In this document: positions 63,977 to 64,000 of the stretch, piece by piece | Layout: each line of letters begins with the position of its first letter | Numbering within the stretch: position 1 is the first letter of the stretch | Assembly (NCBI GenBank): GCA_964016885.1 | Contig: OZ024748.1 | Location: 16,368,001 to 16,432,000 of the forward strand | Length of the DNA: 64,000 bases | DNA from: Eledone cirrhosa | Taxonomy: Eukaryota | Reading direction: 5' to 3' | The notes under the pieces: generated by a model | Told to the model about the DNA's origin: nothing | Databases searched by the model: none | The model's input: only the letters and a program-made list of their open reading frames with translations | Program-made: the position numbers and the translations under genes

Positions 63977-64000
63977 TCATCATCATTTTACGTCCGCTTT
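63977..64000 (-). mobile_element. 3' tail of SINE family A, cut by window edge
   Basis: tcatcatcattttacgtccgcttt. Confidence 0.7.

Overview
AT-rich, microsatellite-saturated animal genomic DNA, most likely octopus/coleoid cephalopod (inferred from the CORE-type and Nin/Deu-type tRNA-SINE repertoire and the extreme (TA)n load). I found no host protein-coding gene; almost all ORF-track entries are translations of simple repeats. The real content is transposon-derived. (1) One apparently intact RTE-clade LINE (ORF 55102-58221, 1039 aa: APE endonuclease + RT) with a C4HC3 PHD-type finger inserted between RT motif 7 and the thumb, plus truncated copies of it and of several other RTE lineages, one ending in tandem C2H2 fingers. 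(2) Two abundant SINE groups; one has a 3' tail that is a precise chimera of the 3' ends of two different RTE LINEs, both present in this window. (3) A decayed Penelope-like RT, a GIY-YIG-like C-terminus, and about a dozen minimal hammerhead-ribozyme motifs, including self-palindromic elements sitting in (TA)n that carry one hammerhead on each strand and a fixed 58-bp one-sided tail (12482-13036, 39411-40053, related 11661-12146). (4) Two minisatellites (34 bp and 42 bp x69) amplified from SINE A-box regions. (5) Pogo-like and TTAA-type MITEs. All alignments and folds were done by eye; coordinates of degraded elements are approximate.
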